A DNA stretch of 64,000 nt, taken from positions 19,970-83,969 of the forward strand of contig JAQVER010000001.1 of assembly GCA_028697885.1 (NCBI GenBank). Reading direction: 5' to 3'. This stretch comes from Desulfocapsaceae bacterium (GTDB lineage Bacteria > Desulfobacterota > Desulfobulbia > Desulfobulbales > Desulfocapsaceae). Made by a program: the position numbers and the translations under genes. Each line of letters opens with the position of its first letter. The first letter of the stretch is position 1. Shown piece after piece: positions 36,076 to 45,131 of this stretch. The notes beneath the pieces are model-generated. The model ran no database searches and was not told the origin of the DNA. It worked only from the letters and a program-made list of their open reading frames with translations.

Positions 36076-37280
36076 TGGGGAAGAGGCAGGAACCCATACG
36101 GTTGCTGCTTACCGGTGGTGGGACCGGGGGCCATCTTTTCCCGGCCATTGCCACGGCAGAGGCCATGTGCCGCCGTCTTCCAGGTACCGAGATACTTTTT
36201 GTGGGAACGCGCCGCAAGATGGATAAGAGCAGTCTTGCCCACTATGGTTTCACTACCAGGACCATCCATTGCCAGGGATTAAAAGGAAAGGGGGCGTTGG
36301 CTCTGCTTCAGGCCCTGGTTCTACTGCCGCTCTCCCTGGTGGAGGCCCTCTGGCATATCCTCCGTTTTCACCCGCATCTGGTGGTGGGTGTCGGCGGCTA
36401 TGTGACAGGACCGGTGGTGGCTGCAGCAAGGATACTGGGAGTTCCAACCGTGATTCATGAACAGAATTCTGTGCCGGGGTTAGCCAATAGAAAATTAGGT
36501 GGCCTGGCCACCAGAATCTGTCTTTCACTCCCGGGCAGTGAGGATTTTTTCCCGGCAGGAAAGACGGTGCTGACCGGTAATCCTGTGCGTCGTCAGATCC
36601 TGGAACTGGCCGGGAAATCGCAGGCCAAGAAAGGCCAAGTGCCACAGATGGATGCAGAGCGACTGCAGGCCAAAGATGGACACGTGTCGCTCGCTCCAGG
36701 GATGGAGGAAGAGCGACCACTCAGGAAAATCGGTGATAAAGTAAGGATTCTGATTCTGGGAGGCAGTTTGGGAGCGCATCGGGTCAATGAGCTGATGGTG
36801 GATGTGTTGACCAAATATGGCAAGATCCTGCCACCAGGGATAGAGGTTATTCATCAGACAGGCGCGGCAGATCAGGAGATGGTGCGGTTGGCCTATGAGC
36901 AGGCCGGAGTCAAGGCCACTGTGGCAGCTTTTTTTACCGATATGGCAGAGATTTATGGCAAAAGTGATTTGCTGGTCTCACGGGCTGGTGCCACTACCCT
37001 TGCCGAGTTGGCAGTTCTTGGAAAACCTGCCCTGCTGATTCCTTATCCCTTTGCCGCTGATGACCATCAATACAGGAATGGTCGCTATTATGCTGACAGT
37101 GGTGGGGCTGTGGTTTTAATGGAGCGGGAACTGTCGGGCAGGAAACTGGCAGAGGCCCTGGCTGCTCTTGTCAGCAGTCCTGGACGGCTGCAGGAGATGG
37201 CAGAGGCCATGCACTCTATGGCACGACCTGATGCCGCGGAAAGGATAGTCGATGTTTGTTTGGAAATGATAACTAACTGA
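36075..37280 (+). CDS. murG: UDP-GlcNAc:lipid I N-acetylglucosaminyltransferase MurG (with linker insertion)
   Basis: Shows LLLTGGGTGGHLFPAIATAEA, HEQNSVPGLANR, GGSLGA and RAGATTLAEL. Its start overlaps the murD stop by 1 nt, so no gene lies between murD and murG. Confidence 0.93.
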   Translation: MGKRQEPIRLLLTGGGTGGHLFPAIATAEAMCRRLPGTEILFVGTRRKMDKSSLAHYGFTTRTIHCQGLKGKGALALLQALVLLPLSLVEALWHILRFHPHLVVGVGGYVTGPVVAAARILGVPTVIHEQNSVPGLANRKLGGLATRICLSLPGSEDFFPAGKTVLTGNPVRRQILELAGKSQAKKGQVPQMDAERLQAKDGHVSLAPGMEEERPLRKIGDKVRILILGGSLGAHRVNELMVDVLTKYGKILPPGIEVIHQTGAADQEMVRLAYEQAGVKATVAAFFTDMAEIYGKSDLLVSRAGATTLAELAVLGKPALLIPYPFAADDHQYRNGRYYADSGGAVVLMERELSGRKLAEALAALVSSPGRLQEMAEAMHSMARPDAAERIVDVCLEMITN

Positions 37281-37289
37281 TAATACATC

Positions 37290-38669
37290 ATGTATAAGAA
37301 AACTAAACATATTCATTTTGTCGGAATCGGCGGCATCGGCATGAGCGGTATTGCCGAACTGTTATTGAACCTGGGATATAAGGTCTCAGGTTCTGATCTC
37401 TATAGTTCTGCCATTACTGCCAATCTGGCCTCTCTTGGCGGAATGATTTATGCTGGTCATCAGGGCCAGTGGGTGAGTGGTGCCGATGTGGTCGTGACAT
37501 CATCGGCCATTGCCGTGACTAATCCGGAGGTAGTGGCTGCCCATGAAGCGGGTATCCCTGTGATCCAGCGGGCGGAGATGTTGGCCGAGCTGATGCGTTT
37601 GAAGAAATTTGGAATTGCCATTGCCGGCAGTCACGGCAAAACCTCTACCACCTCCATGGTCAGCTGGCTGCTGACCCGGGCCGGACTTGATCCAACTATT
37701 GTTGTCGGCGGCAAGGTCGACAGCCTGGGTGGCAATGCCAAGCTCGGAGAAGGCGAATTCCTGGTGGCTGAGGCCGATGAGAGTGATGGCTCCTTTCTCA
37801 AGCTGTCTCCCGTGCTGGAGGTGGTCACCAATATTGATCTGGAACATCTCGATTATTATCGGGATATTGACCATATCAAGTCGGTGTTCATGGAATTCAT
37901 CGACAAAATACCCTTTTATGGTGCGGTGATCCTTTGCCTCGATGATGCCAATATTGCCGATCTGCTGCCTGCGATCAGGAAGAGAATGATAACCTATGGA
38001 CTCACGGCCCAGGCGGATGTGCATGCGGAGCAGTTGGAAGCGGCAGGGGGAAGGACACGCTTTATGGTCAAGAAAGGTGAGACTCAACTGGGTGAGATCC
38101 ACCTTTCTCTGCCGGGCCGTCATAATGTATATAATGCCTTGGCCGCGGTCTGTGTGGGGCTTGAACTGGAAATCCCTTTTGCAGTTATTGCCGGGGCGCT
38201 CGGCAGCTTCGAGGGGGTGCAGCGCCGGATGCAGTTGAAAGGGGAAGCACAGGACATCACGATCATTGATGATTATGGCCATCATCCCACTGAGATCAGG
38301 GCAACCTTGTCTGCCGTCAAAGAGGCCTGGCCGGGAAAACGGCTCGTGGTCCTGTTTCAGCCCCATCGTTATACCCGGACCGAGGCCCTGTACAAGGACT
38401 TTCTGACGGCCTTTCATCAGGCTGATTTCCTGGTGATGACCGATATCTACGCCGCCAGTGAGACGCCGATTCCCGGGGTCAGCAGTGAGAATTTGTTGCT
38501 GGATATTAAGCAGCATGGGCAGCGTCACACACAATTAATTCCGGCAGTGGAAGGGCTGGCCGAAGCGTTGTTGCCCCTTCTGCTTAAGGATGATCTGGTG
38601 CTGACCCTCGGTGCCGGCAATATTGTGCGGGCCGGGGAAGACCTGCTGGAACTGCTCAGGAAGACATAA
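37290..38669 (+). CDS. murC: UDP-N-acetylmuramate--L-alanine ligase
   Basis: Shows HIHFVGIGGIGMSGIAELLLNLGYKVSGSD, GSHGKTSTTSM and DDYGHHPTEI. Confidence 0.95.
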   Translation: MYKKTKHIHFVGIGGIGMSGIAELLLNLGYKVSGSDLYSSAITANLASLGGMIYAGHQGQWVSGADVVVTSSAIAVTNPEVVAAHEAGIPVIQRAEMLAELMRLKKFGIAIAGSHGKTSTTSMVSWLLTRAGLDPTIVVGGKVDSLGGNAKLGEGEFLVAEADESDGSFLKLSPVLEVVTNIDLEHLDYYRDIDHIKSVFMEFIDKIPFYGAVILCLDDANIADLLPAIRKRMITYGLTAQADVHAEQLEAAGGRTRFMVKKGETQLGEIHLSLPGRHNVYNALAAVCVGLELEIPFAVIAGALGSFEGVQRRMQLKGEAQDITIIDDYGHHPTEIRATLSAVKEAWPGKRLVVLFQPHRYTRTEALYKDFLTAFHQADFLVMTDIYAASETPIPGVSSENLLLDIKQHGQRHTQLIPAVEGLAEALLPLLLKDDLVLTLGAGNIVRAGEDLLELLRKT

Positions 38670-39602
38670 ATGGCAATGGGGAGTGAGTTGAAGAAGGAGC
38701 TGGTGTCGCTGGTAAGCAGCCCAGTACTTTGGGATTGTCCTTTGAGCGCTTATACCTCTTTTGCCATAGGTGGTCCTGCTGCAGCCTTGATTACGGTCGA
38801 GGAGCTTGCAGAGCTTCAACGATTGCTTGTGTTTTTCCAGGAGCAGAAGATCTCATGGCGTGTCATTGGTCGGGGAACCAACCTCTTGGTGAGTGATAGC
38901 GGATTTGATGGGGTCGTCCTTGTTTTGGGCAAAGGATTTACTTCTATTAGCCGTAGAGATAGAGTAGAGAATGGCGGAGGTGTTATCCAGGTTGGAGCCG
39001 CATGCAGCCTTACCCGTCTTGTTGACTGGTGCGTGGAGCAGGGCCTTTCAGGAGTCGAATTTGCGGCTGGAATTCCGGGGACGATTGGGGGGGCGGTGAT
39101 CATGAACGCCGGGGCCTGGGGGCGTGAACTGGCTGAGGTTCTTGTTTCCGTCACCTGTGTCAGTGCATCTGGTCAAGTCTGTACTCTGCCACGGGCAGAA
39201 CTCGAATTTGGCTATCGAACCTGGCATGACCATTATCGTACAGAACAGGATCGGGTGGTGGTAGGGGTGGAATTACACTGCGTGGTGGCGGATCAGGAAC
39301 AGATACGAAAGCTCTGTCAGTCGTATCGTGCAAAGCGCCGGATGAAACAACCCAAGGGAGAACCCAATGCCGGATCTTTTTTTAAGAATCCGAAAGGAGA
39401 CGCCGCCGGCCGCCTTATAGAGGCCAGTGGTCTGAAGGGACTCAGGGTCGGCGGCGCTATGGTGTCCCCCGTTCATGCTAATTTTCTGGTGAATAGCGGT
39501 GGGGCTACGGCCGCCGATGTCATGGAGTTGATGGAAAAAGTGCGGGCCAAGGTTCAGGAGGACAGTGGAATTGTGCTTGAACCAGAAGTTCATTTTCTCT
39601 GA
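38670..39602 (+). CDS. murB: UDP-N-acetylenolpyruvoylglucosamine reductase
   Basis: Shows YTSFAIGGPA, IGRGTNLLVSD, AGIPGTIGGAVIMNAGA and GSFFKNP. It starts immediately after the murC stop. Confidence 0.93.
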   Translation: MAMGSELKKELVSLVSSPVLWDCPLSAYTSFAIGGPAAALITVEELAELQRLLVFFQEQKISWRVIGRGTNLLVSDSGFDGVVLVLGKGFTSISRRDRVENGGGVIQVGAACSLTRLVDWCVEQGLSGVEFAAGIPGTIGGAVIMNAGAWGRELAEVLVSVTCVSASGQVCTLPRAELEFGYRTWHDHYRTEQDRVVVGVELHCVVADQEQIRKLCQSYRAKRRMKQPKGEPNAGSFFKNPKGDAAGRLIEASGLKGLRVGGAMVSPVHANFLVNSGGATAADVMELMEKVRAKVQEDSGIVLEPEVHFL

Positions 39603-39619
39603 ATGGTTATTGATGTATC

Positions 39620-40648
39620 GTGAAGGGCTTAAGAAACGTGTTGAATCCTATGAGAAAGATAGGTTCCCTTTTTCGCTTACCTAAGAAGAACAATAGAAAT
39701 GTTCGTGGTGGTATTGCAGGCCAGGGGAAACAACCGGTGTTTACTTCAAGGGCTGCAGTCCAGCATCAGAAACGTGGCGGGATAGTTAGCAGGATACGAT
39801 CGCTGTTTAAGCGATCGGCCAGGCGTAAGGAATTAAAGCGCATGCCTGTTGTGGCACAAAGGAGGACTCCGAGGGGGTTGATACCGGTATGTCTTTTGGC
39901 TTTACTTGTATCGTTAGGTTTTCTACTTTATTCACCGTTGATGAATGCTGTGTCGGGCATGAACATCTTCAAAATACAGGATATTAGCATTAACGGTTGT
40001 CGGAAGACCTCTCCGTCCATGATTCGCGAACTTACCGGCATCAGGTATCAGGCCAGTCTGGTCAGGCTTAATCCGGAACATATTGCAGCTATTCTCAGAT
40101 CGCATCCATGGATAGCGGCGGCAGAGGTTACGCGTGACTGGCCCGATGTTGTTGTGGTATCTATTAAGGAATACATACCTGAAGCCTTGATTACTCAGGA
40201 TGGCCCCGGCGGCAGGCAGTTTTTTTATCTTGATAAGAGCGGGGTTGTTTTTGCGCCGGTTGAGCCGGGACAGGATATGGATCTTCCGGTTATAACCGGC
40301 TTGGAGGCAAAGGATGGCGGGGGTGGTAATGGCAGTCGGTCGGAGAGGATCAGTGAGGCATTGGCCTTGCTCAAACTTGTCAGACAGAATAATCCTAATT
40401 TGCCGCTTCAGAATCTTTCTGAGATTCATGTTGGCCGTGATGCGGGGATGACCATTTATCTCGCTGACTATCCCTTTCCCATTTATTTTGGTGTAGGTGC
40501 TATCAGAACGAAATACAGTCGTTTGAAAAGGGTGTTGGAGGTTTTGTATAAGGAAACAGAGCAGGGGATGACCATTGCAGATGTTGCGTATATCCGTATG
40601 GATTATTTGGAGAATAAGGTGCTGGTGGCACACAGCGGATCGGGTTGA
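39620..40648 (+). CDS. ftsQ: Cell division protein FtsQ (POTRA) with a long basic N-terminal tail
   Basis: The start is GTG 39620, or ATG 39650. A TM (LIPVCLLALLVSLGFLLY) is followed by the POTRA-like IQDISINGCRKTSPSMIREL and ..VTRDWPDVVVVSIKE. It sits upstream of ftsA. Confidence 0.8.
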   Translation: MKGLRNVLNPMRKIGSLFRLPKKNNRNVRGGIAGQGKQPVFTSRAAVQHQKRGGIVSRIRSLFKRSARRKELKRMPVVAQRRTPRGLIPVCLLALLVSLGFLLYSPLMNAVSGMNIFKIQDISINGCRKTSPSMIRELTGIRYQASLVRLNPEHIAAILRSHPWIAAAEVTRDWPDVVVVSIKEYIPEALITQDGPGGRQFFYLDKSGVVFAPVEPGQDMDLPVITGLEAKDGGGGNGSRSERISEALALLKLVRQNNPNLPLQNLSEIHVGRDAGMTIYLADYPFPIYFGVGAIRTKYSRLKRVLEVLYKETEQGMTIADVAYIRMDYLENKVLVAHSGSG

Positions 40649-40654
40649 AAACTG

Positions 40655-41926
40655 ATGAATGAAATAAATGAAATGAATGACATAGAACCAGTGGTCGAAG
40701 AGGAGCAGGCTTCTGAAAAACGGGCGCCAGGTGAGGTCGTGGCGGGGCTCGATATCGGAACCACGAAGATATGCTGCGTCGTCGGGGAGGTCTTCGATGA
40801 TGGGGTGGATATCATCGGTGTCGGTACAGCGCCCTCAGTGGGATTGAAAAAAGGGATTGTGGTCAATATCGAGTCGACTGTAAAGTCCATTCGGCAGGCC
40901 GTGGAGCAGGCGGAAGAGGCAGCCGGATGTGAATTGCATACTGTCTATGTGGGGATTGCCGGAAATCACATTAAAGGGTTCAACAGTCCCGGAATTCTGG
41001 CCATTAACGGCAGGGAAATCAAAGAGGCTGATGTCGAAGATGTGATTGTGGCAGCCAAGACCGTGAAGATCTCAGAAAATCAGCAGATTATCCATGTCCT
41101 GCCTCAAGAGTATATGGTGGATGATCATACTGGAATCCAGAATCCTCTGGGGATGACCGGTGTTCGTCTCGTGACCAATGTACACATTGTGACCGCTGAT
41201 ATGGCTGCCGTGCATAATCTCTATACCTGTTGTCGGAAGGCAGGTCTGGAGGTATTGGATATGGTGTTGGAATCTATTGCCTCAGCCTATGCCGTCCTCA
41301 GTGCCGATGAAATGGAGCTGGGGGTGGCCCTTGTTGATATCGGGGGTGGCACCACGGATCTGGCAGTCTTCTGTGACGGGACTATCAGGCACACCTGTGA
41401 GATCGGGCTTGGCGGACATAATCTGACCAACGATCTGTCGGTGGGATTGCGGACACCACTTCAGGAGGCTGAGCGCTTGAAGGAGGATTACGGCAGTGCC
41501 ATCGCCTCATTGATTAAACCGAATCATGTAGTTGATGTGCCGACCGTAGGTGATCGGGAACCACGCAAGGTGACCCAGAAGGTCCTGGTGGATATTTTAC
41601 AGGCCCGTATAGTGGAGATTCTGGAGATGGTTAACCAGGAACTGATTCACTCCGGGAAAAAAAATAAGATCCACGGCGGGATAGTGATTACTGGCGGAAC
41701 AGCTTTGCTTGCCAATTTGGTGGATCTTGCCGAGCAGATATTTGATCTGCCGGTACGGATTGGTTATCCGGTAAAGATCGGAGGGCGTGTTGAAGAGGTT
41801 CATACCCCGCGCTGCACGACTGCTGTCGGTCTGGTCATGTATGGTCGTAAGCATCGGGTGCAGAGAATAAGCGGTGACTCTTCGATGTTGGGACGTATGA
41901 AGATGTTGATGAAAAAAATCATGTGA
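40655..41926 (+). CDS. ftsA: Cell division protein FtsA
   Basis: Shows VAGLDIGTTKICCVVGE, VDIGGGTTDLAVF and IVITGGTALL. Confidence 0.95.
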   Translation: MNEINEMNDIEPVVEEEQASEKRAPGEVVAGLDIGTTKICCVVGEVFDDGVDIIGVGTAPSVGLKKGIVVNIESTVKSIRQAVEQAEEAAGCELHTVYVGIAGNHIKGFNSPGILAINGREIKEADVEDVIVAAKTVKISENQQIIHVLPQEYMVDDHTGIQNPLGMTGVRLVTNVHIVTADMAAVHNLYTCCRKAGLEVLDMVLESIASAYAVLSADEMELGVALVDIGGGTTDLAVFCDGTIRHTCEIGLGGHNLTNDLSVGLRTPLQEAERLKEDYGSAIASLIKPNHVVDVPTVGDREPRKVTQKVLVDILQARIVEILEMVNQELIHSGKKNKIHGGIVITGGTALLANLVDLAEQIFDLPVRIGYPVKIGGRVEEVHTPRCTTAVGLVMYGRKHRVQRISGDSSMLGRMKMLMKKIM

Positions 41927-42041
41927 TTCTTATGATTTTTGTTTAAGCGAGTGTCAGCAGGTGCTATATTCTATCTGGTGATATTGTTATTAACGGCCCG
42001 CAAGCAGGGGGCTTTGGCAAATCGTACTCAGGGGTGAGATT

Positions 42042-43268
42042 ATGCCGTTTAGAATGGCGGAAACAGAAGGGGTTGCAGTGGTAAAGGTTATTGGTGTCGG
42101 CGGTGGCGGCGGGAATGCCATCAACACCATGGTTAACAATAAGCTGCAGGGTGTTGAGTTTATTGTGGCCAATACGGATAAGCAGGCCCTGAATCAGTCT
42201 CTGGCGGATATCTGTCTGCAGATTGGGCCCAGTATCACCAAAGGGTTGGGTGCAGGCACTGATCCTGATATCGGCGCCCAGGCCGCTCATGAGTCTCTCG
42301 AGGAGCTCAAGAAGGTCCTGAAGGGCAGTGATATGGTCTTTGTCGCAGCCGGGCTTGGCGGTGGTACCGGAACAGGAGCCGCTCCGGTTGTGGCTAAAGT
42401 GAGTAAGGAAATGGGTGCGCTCACTGTGGCAGTGGTAACCAAACCCTTTCATTTTGAAGGTAAGTCCCGGATGAACAATGCCGAGGCAGGTTGGGAAGAA
42501 TTGCGAAAATATGCGGATACGATCATTACCGTTCCCAATGATCGACTTCTCTCACTGATGCAGAAGAATACCAGGCTTTCCGATATGCTCGTCATGGCCG
42601 ATCTTGTTCTGTTGCAGGCGGTTAAGGGGATAACAGACCTGATCAATGTGCCGGGAATGATTAATGCTGATTTTGCAGATCTGCGCACAGTCATGCGGGA
42701 AGTGGGGCCTGCCATCATGGGATCAGGCGCTGCCGTTGGCGAAAACAGGGCAACCGAGGCGGCCAAACGGGCCATTGACAATCAACTCCTTGAAGATGTG
42801 GGGATAGATGGTGCCCGCGGCTTAATTATCAATGTCTCTGCAACACAAGAGAGTTTGACTCTGGCTGAATATATGGAGGTATCGGCTCTCATTCAAAGTA
42901 AGGTGGATGAGGATGCCAAGGTTGTTCTGGGAGTATTGTACGATGAAACCCTTGGTGATGAATTGCGTGTTACAGTGATCGCGACGGGAATAGGCAATGT
43001 GGTCAAGAAAAATGAGCCGATCACTCTGATGGATGAACCACGTAAGACAGTGAAAATTTCAGCCACGCAGGAGACCCCTGTTGCACCGGCTCCAGCCAAT
43101 CCGCGGCCAACCTTTGTCACTCCTCTGCTGCAATCTAATTTTGAAGGTTTTGACAACCTCGGTGTCTCCTCGTCCCGTAAAGAGGTGGGGCGCAGTCAAA
43201 AGGAATCCCGGCCCTGGAATGAGGATTATCTGGAGACGCCAACGTATCTTCGGAAAAAGGCAAATTGA
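42042..43268 (+). CDS. ftsZ: Cell division GTPase FtsZ
   Basis: Shows [29 protein letters not shown] and [13 protein letters not shown]. The C-terminal peptide is [13 protein letters not shown]. Confidence 0.97.
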   Translation: MPFRMAETEGVAVVKVIGVGGGGGNAINTMVNNKLQGVEFIVANTDKQALNQSLADICLQIGPSITKGLGAGTDPDIGAQAAHESLEELKKVLKGSDMVFVAAGLGGGTGTGAAPVVAKVSKEMGALTVAVVTKPFHFEGKSRMNNAEAGWEELRKYADTIITVPNDRLLSLMQKNTRLSDMLVMADLVLLQAVKGITDLINVPGMINADFADLRTVMREVGPAIMGSGAAVGENRATEAAKRAIDNQLLEDVGIDGARGLIINVSATQESLTLAEYMEVSALIQSKVDEDAKVVLGVLYDETLGDELRVTVIATGIGNVVKKNEPITLMDEPRKTVKISATQETPVAPAPANPRPTFVTPLLQSNFEGFDNLGVSSSRKEVGRSQKESRPWNEDYLETPTYLRKKAN

Positions 43269-43332
43269 GGAGACAGGTGACAGGACGACTGCAGGAGACA
43301 ACTGACAGGAGAGAGGTAACAGGTTGCAGGAA
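43267..43332 (+). repeat. Purine-rich cluster of six CAGG (ACAGG/GCAGGA) motifs in the ftsZ 3' region / radical-SAM leader
   Basis: CAGG occurs at 43274, 43281, 43292, 43306, 43320 and 43327, within GAGGAGACAGGTGACAGGACGACTGCAGGAGACAACTGACAGGAGAGAGGTAACAGGTTGCAGGAAA. Confidence 0.6.
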
Positions 43333-43379
43333 ATTCGCTATTTCCCCTGCTCCCGGCAGTCTGTACCCTGTTCCGTGAT

Positions 43380-45131
43380 ATGGATCGTCGCTCACTACTT
43401 GATCTGGAAAGAGGGAGCTATTTAAAGAAATGGACAGGGCAGTTGCCGATTGCCCTGATTTACCCCAATTCCTATTCCGTTGGCATGTCCAGCCTTGGAT
43501 TTCAGCTGGTCTATGCGCTGCTTGGGGAAATAGAAGGGATTGTCTGCGAACGTTTTTTCTTTTCCGGAACAGATGAGCCTCTGCTCTCATTGGAGTCTGG
43601 CCGTACTCTGGATAACTTCCCCCTGGTTTTTTTCTCCATCAGTTTTGAACATGATTATCTGAACCTTGTCCGGCTTCTTCTTGCCGGATCTCTCCCACCT
43701 TTTGCTGAAAATCGGGACGAAAAAGTCTGTGCTTCACAACCACTGGTTGTTTGTGGAGGTGTCGCCACCTTTATGAATCCCGAACCTCTGGCCCCCTTTG
43801 TGGACCTTTTTGTCCTTGGCGAGGCAGAGCCAGTGCTGGCTTCCCTGGTCTCTTTCCTCGCTGTACATATGAAAAAGGAAAGACGTGCTGACCTGTTAAA
43901 AGAGATCAGCCTTGGTTTTCCCGGCTGCTATGCTCCAGCCCTCTACGCCCCGCAATATACTCAGGACGGTTCATTTGCCGGACATACTCCTGCCCCTGGC
44001 TTGCCGCAGCGTATTCAAAAGGTGACTACCCAAACCTGTGACCAGGCGGCCCATTCTCAGCTTCTAACGCCGAATGCTGAGTTTTCTGATCTCTATCTCA
44101 CCGAGCTTGGCCGGGGATGTTCAAGGGGGTGTCGATTCTGTGCTGCCGGTTTCATCTATCGGCCGCCTCGACTGTGGGATGTCGATGCCGTACTGAGTGG
44201 TCTGGCCGAGCGTCCCGATGCGGTAAATCGGATTGGCCTGTTGGGGATGGAGATGGCTGATCATGATTCATTGACCATCCTCTCCCGCTACCTTCTTGAA
44301 AGTGGTTGTTCACTCGCATTCTCGTCTCTCCGTGCTGACAGAATATCCGGGCCTTTGTTGAGTCTTCTTGAAAAAAGCCAGCTCAAGAGTGTGGCCATTG
44401 CGCCCGATGGGGCTTCAGAGCGTTTGCGTCGGGTGATCAATAAGGGTTTGACCGCTGACGACCTGCTGGCGGCGGCGGAATCTCTGGCCCGTGCTGGTCT
44501 GTATAAATTGAAGATGTATCTGATGATTGGCCTGCCCACGGAGACGCTGGAAGATCTCGAGGAAATGCTGGAGCTTATTCGCAGGATCAAGGAGCGAATC
44601 CAGCCCATAGGGCGGGAGCGGGGGCGGCTTTGTGAAATTACCCTGTCCGTCAACAGCTTCACCCCCAAGCCATGTACTCCGTTTCAGTTTCATCCCTTTG
44701 GGGTGAGTGAACGACTGGCCCCCGGAGAAACACGTGATGGGGCAGATGCTGTCCGGTCACTGAAAGAAAAAATCAAATTTTTACAAAGTGGACTAAAAAA
44801 AGAGGCCAATGTTCGTATGACTTCTGACAAGCCGGAAAATGTTCTCTTTCAGGCGGTACTGGCGCGGGGGGATCGCAGGTTGGCCCCGGTTTTGTTTGAT
44901 ATGGCAGCCGAGGGGCTCTCCTGGAAACGGGCAATGCGCAAGAACCATCTGCAGGCTGAACAGTTTGCCATACGTGGATATGGCTGTGATGAACCTTTAC
45001 CTTGGAGCATCGTTGATCACGGGATTAAACAGCAATATCTATGGGATGAATACCTGAAGGCCTTTGCGGAAAAATCCACCATAGCCTGTGACACCCGAGT
45101 TTGCAGGCGTTGTGGGGTTTGTAATGATTGA
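43380..45131 (+). CDS. Radical SAM protein with N-terminal B12-binding-like domain (TIGR03960-like as I recall)
   Basis: The N-terminal segment is IALIYPNSYSVGMSSLGFQLVYALL. The CxxxCxxC motif is CSRGCRFC (44118-44141). The protein ends in the Cys-rich CDTRVCRRCGVC. Confidence 0.8.
   Translation: MDRRSLLDLERGSYLKKWTGQLPIALIYPNSYSVGMSSLGFQLVYALLGEIEGIVCERFFFSGTDEPLLSLESGRTLDNFPLVFFSISFEHDYLNLVRLLLAGSLPPFAENRDEKVCASQPLVVCGGVATFMNPEPLAPFVDLFVLGEAEPVLASLVSFLAVHMKKERRADLLKEISLGFPGCYAPALYAPQYTQDGSFAGHTPAPGLPQRIQKVTTQTCDQAAHSQLLTPNAEFSDLYLTELGRGCSRGCRFCAAGFIYRPPRLWDVDAVLSGLAERPDAVNRIGLLGMEMADHDSLTILSRYLLESGCSLAFSSLRADRISGPLLSLLEKSQLKSVAIAPDGASERLRRVINKGLTADDLLAAAESLARAGLYKLKMYLMIGLPTETLEDLEEMLELIRRIKERIQPIGRERGRLCEITLSVNSFTPKPCTPFQFHPFGVSERLAPGETRDGADAVRSLKEKIKFLQSGLKKEANVRMTSDKPENVLFQAVLARGDRRLAPVLFDMAAEGLSWKRAMRKNHLQAEQFAIRGYGCDEPLPWSIVDHGIKQQYLWDEYLKAFAEKSTIACDTRVCRRCGVCND

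Noticed and set aside
37500-38534. A 344-aa minus-strand ORF.
   Set aside because: It is antisense to murC, which has all the Mur ligase motifs. It is a shadow ORF.
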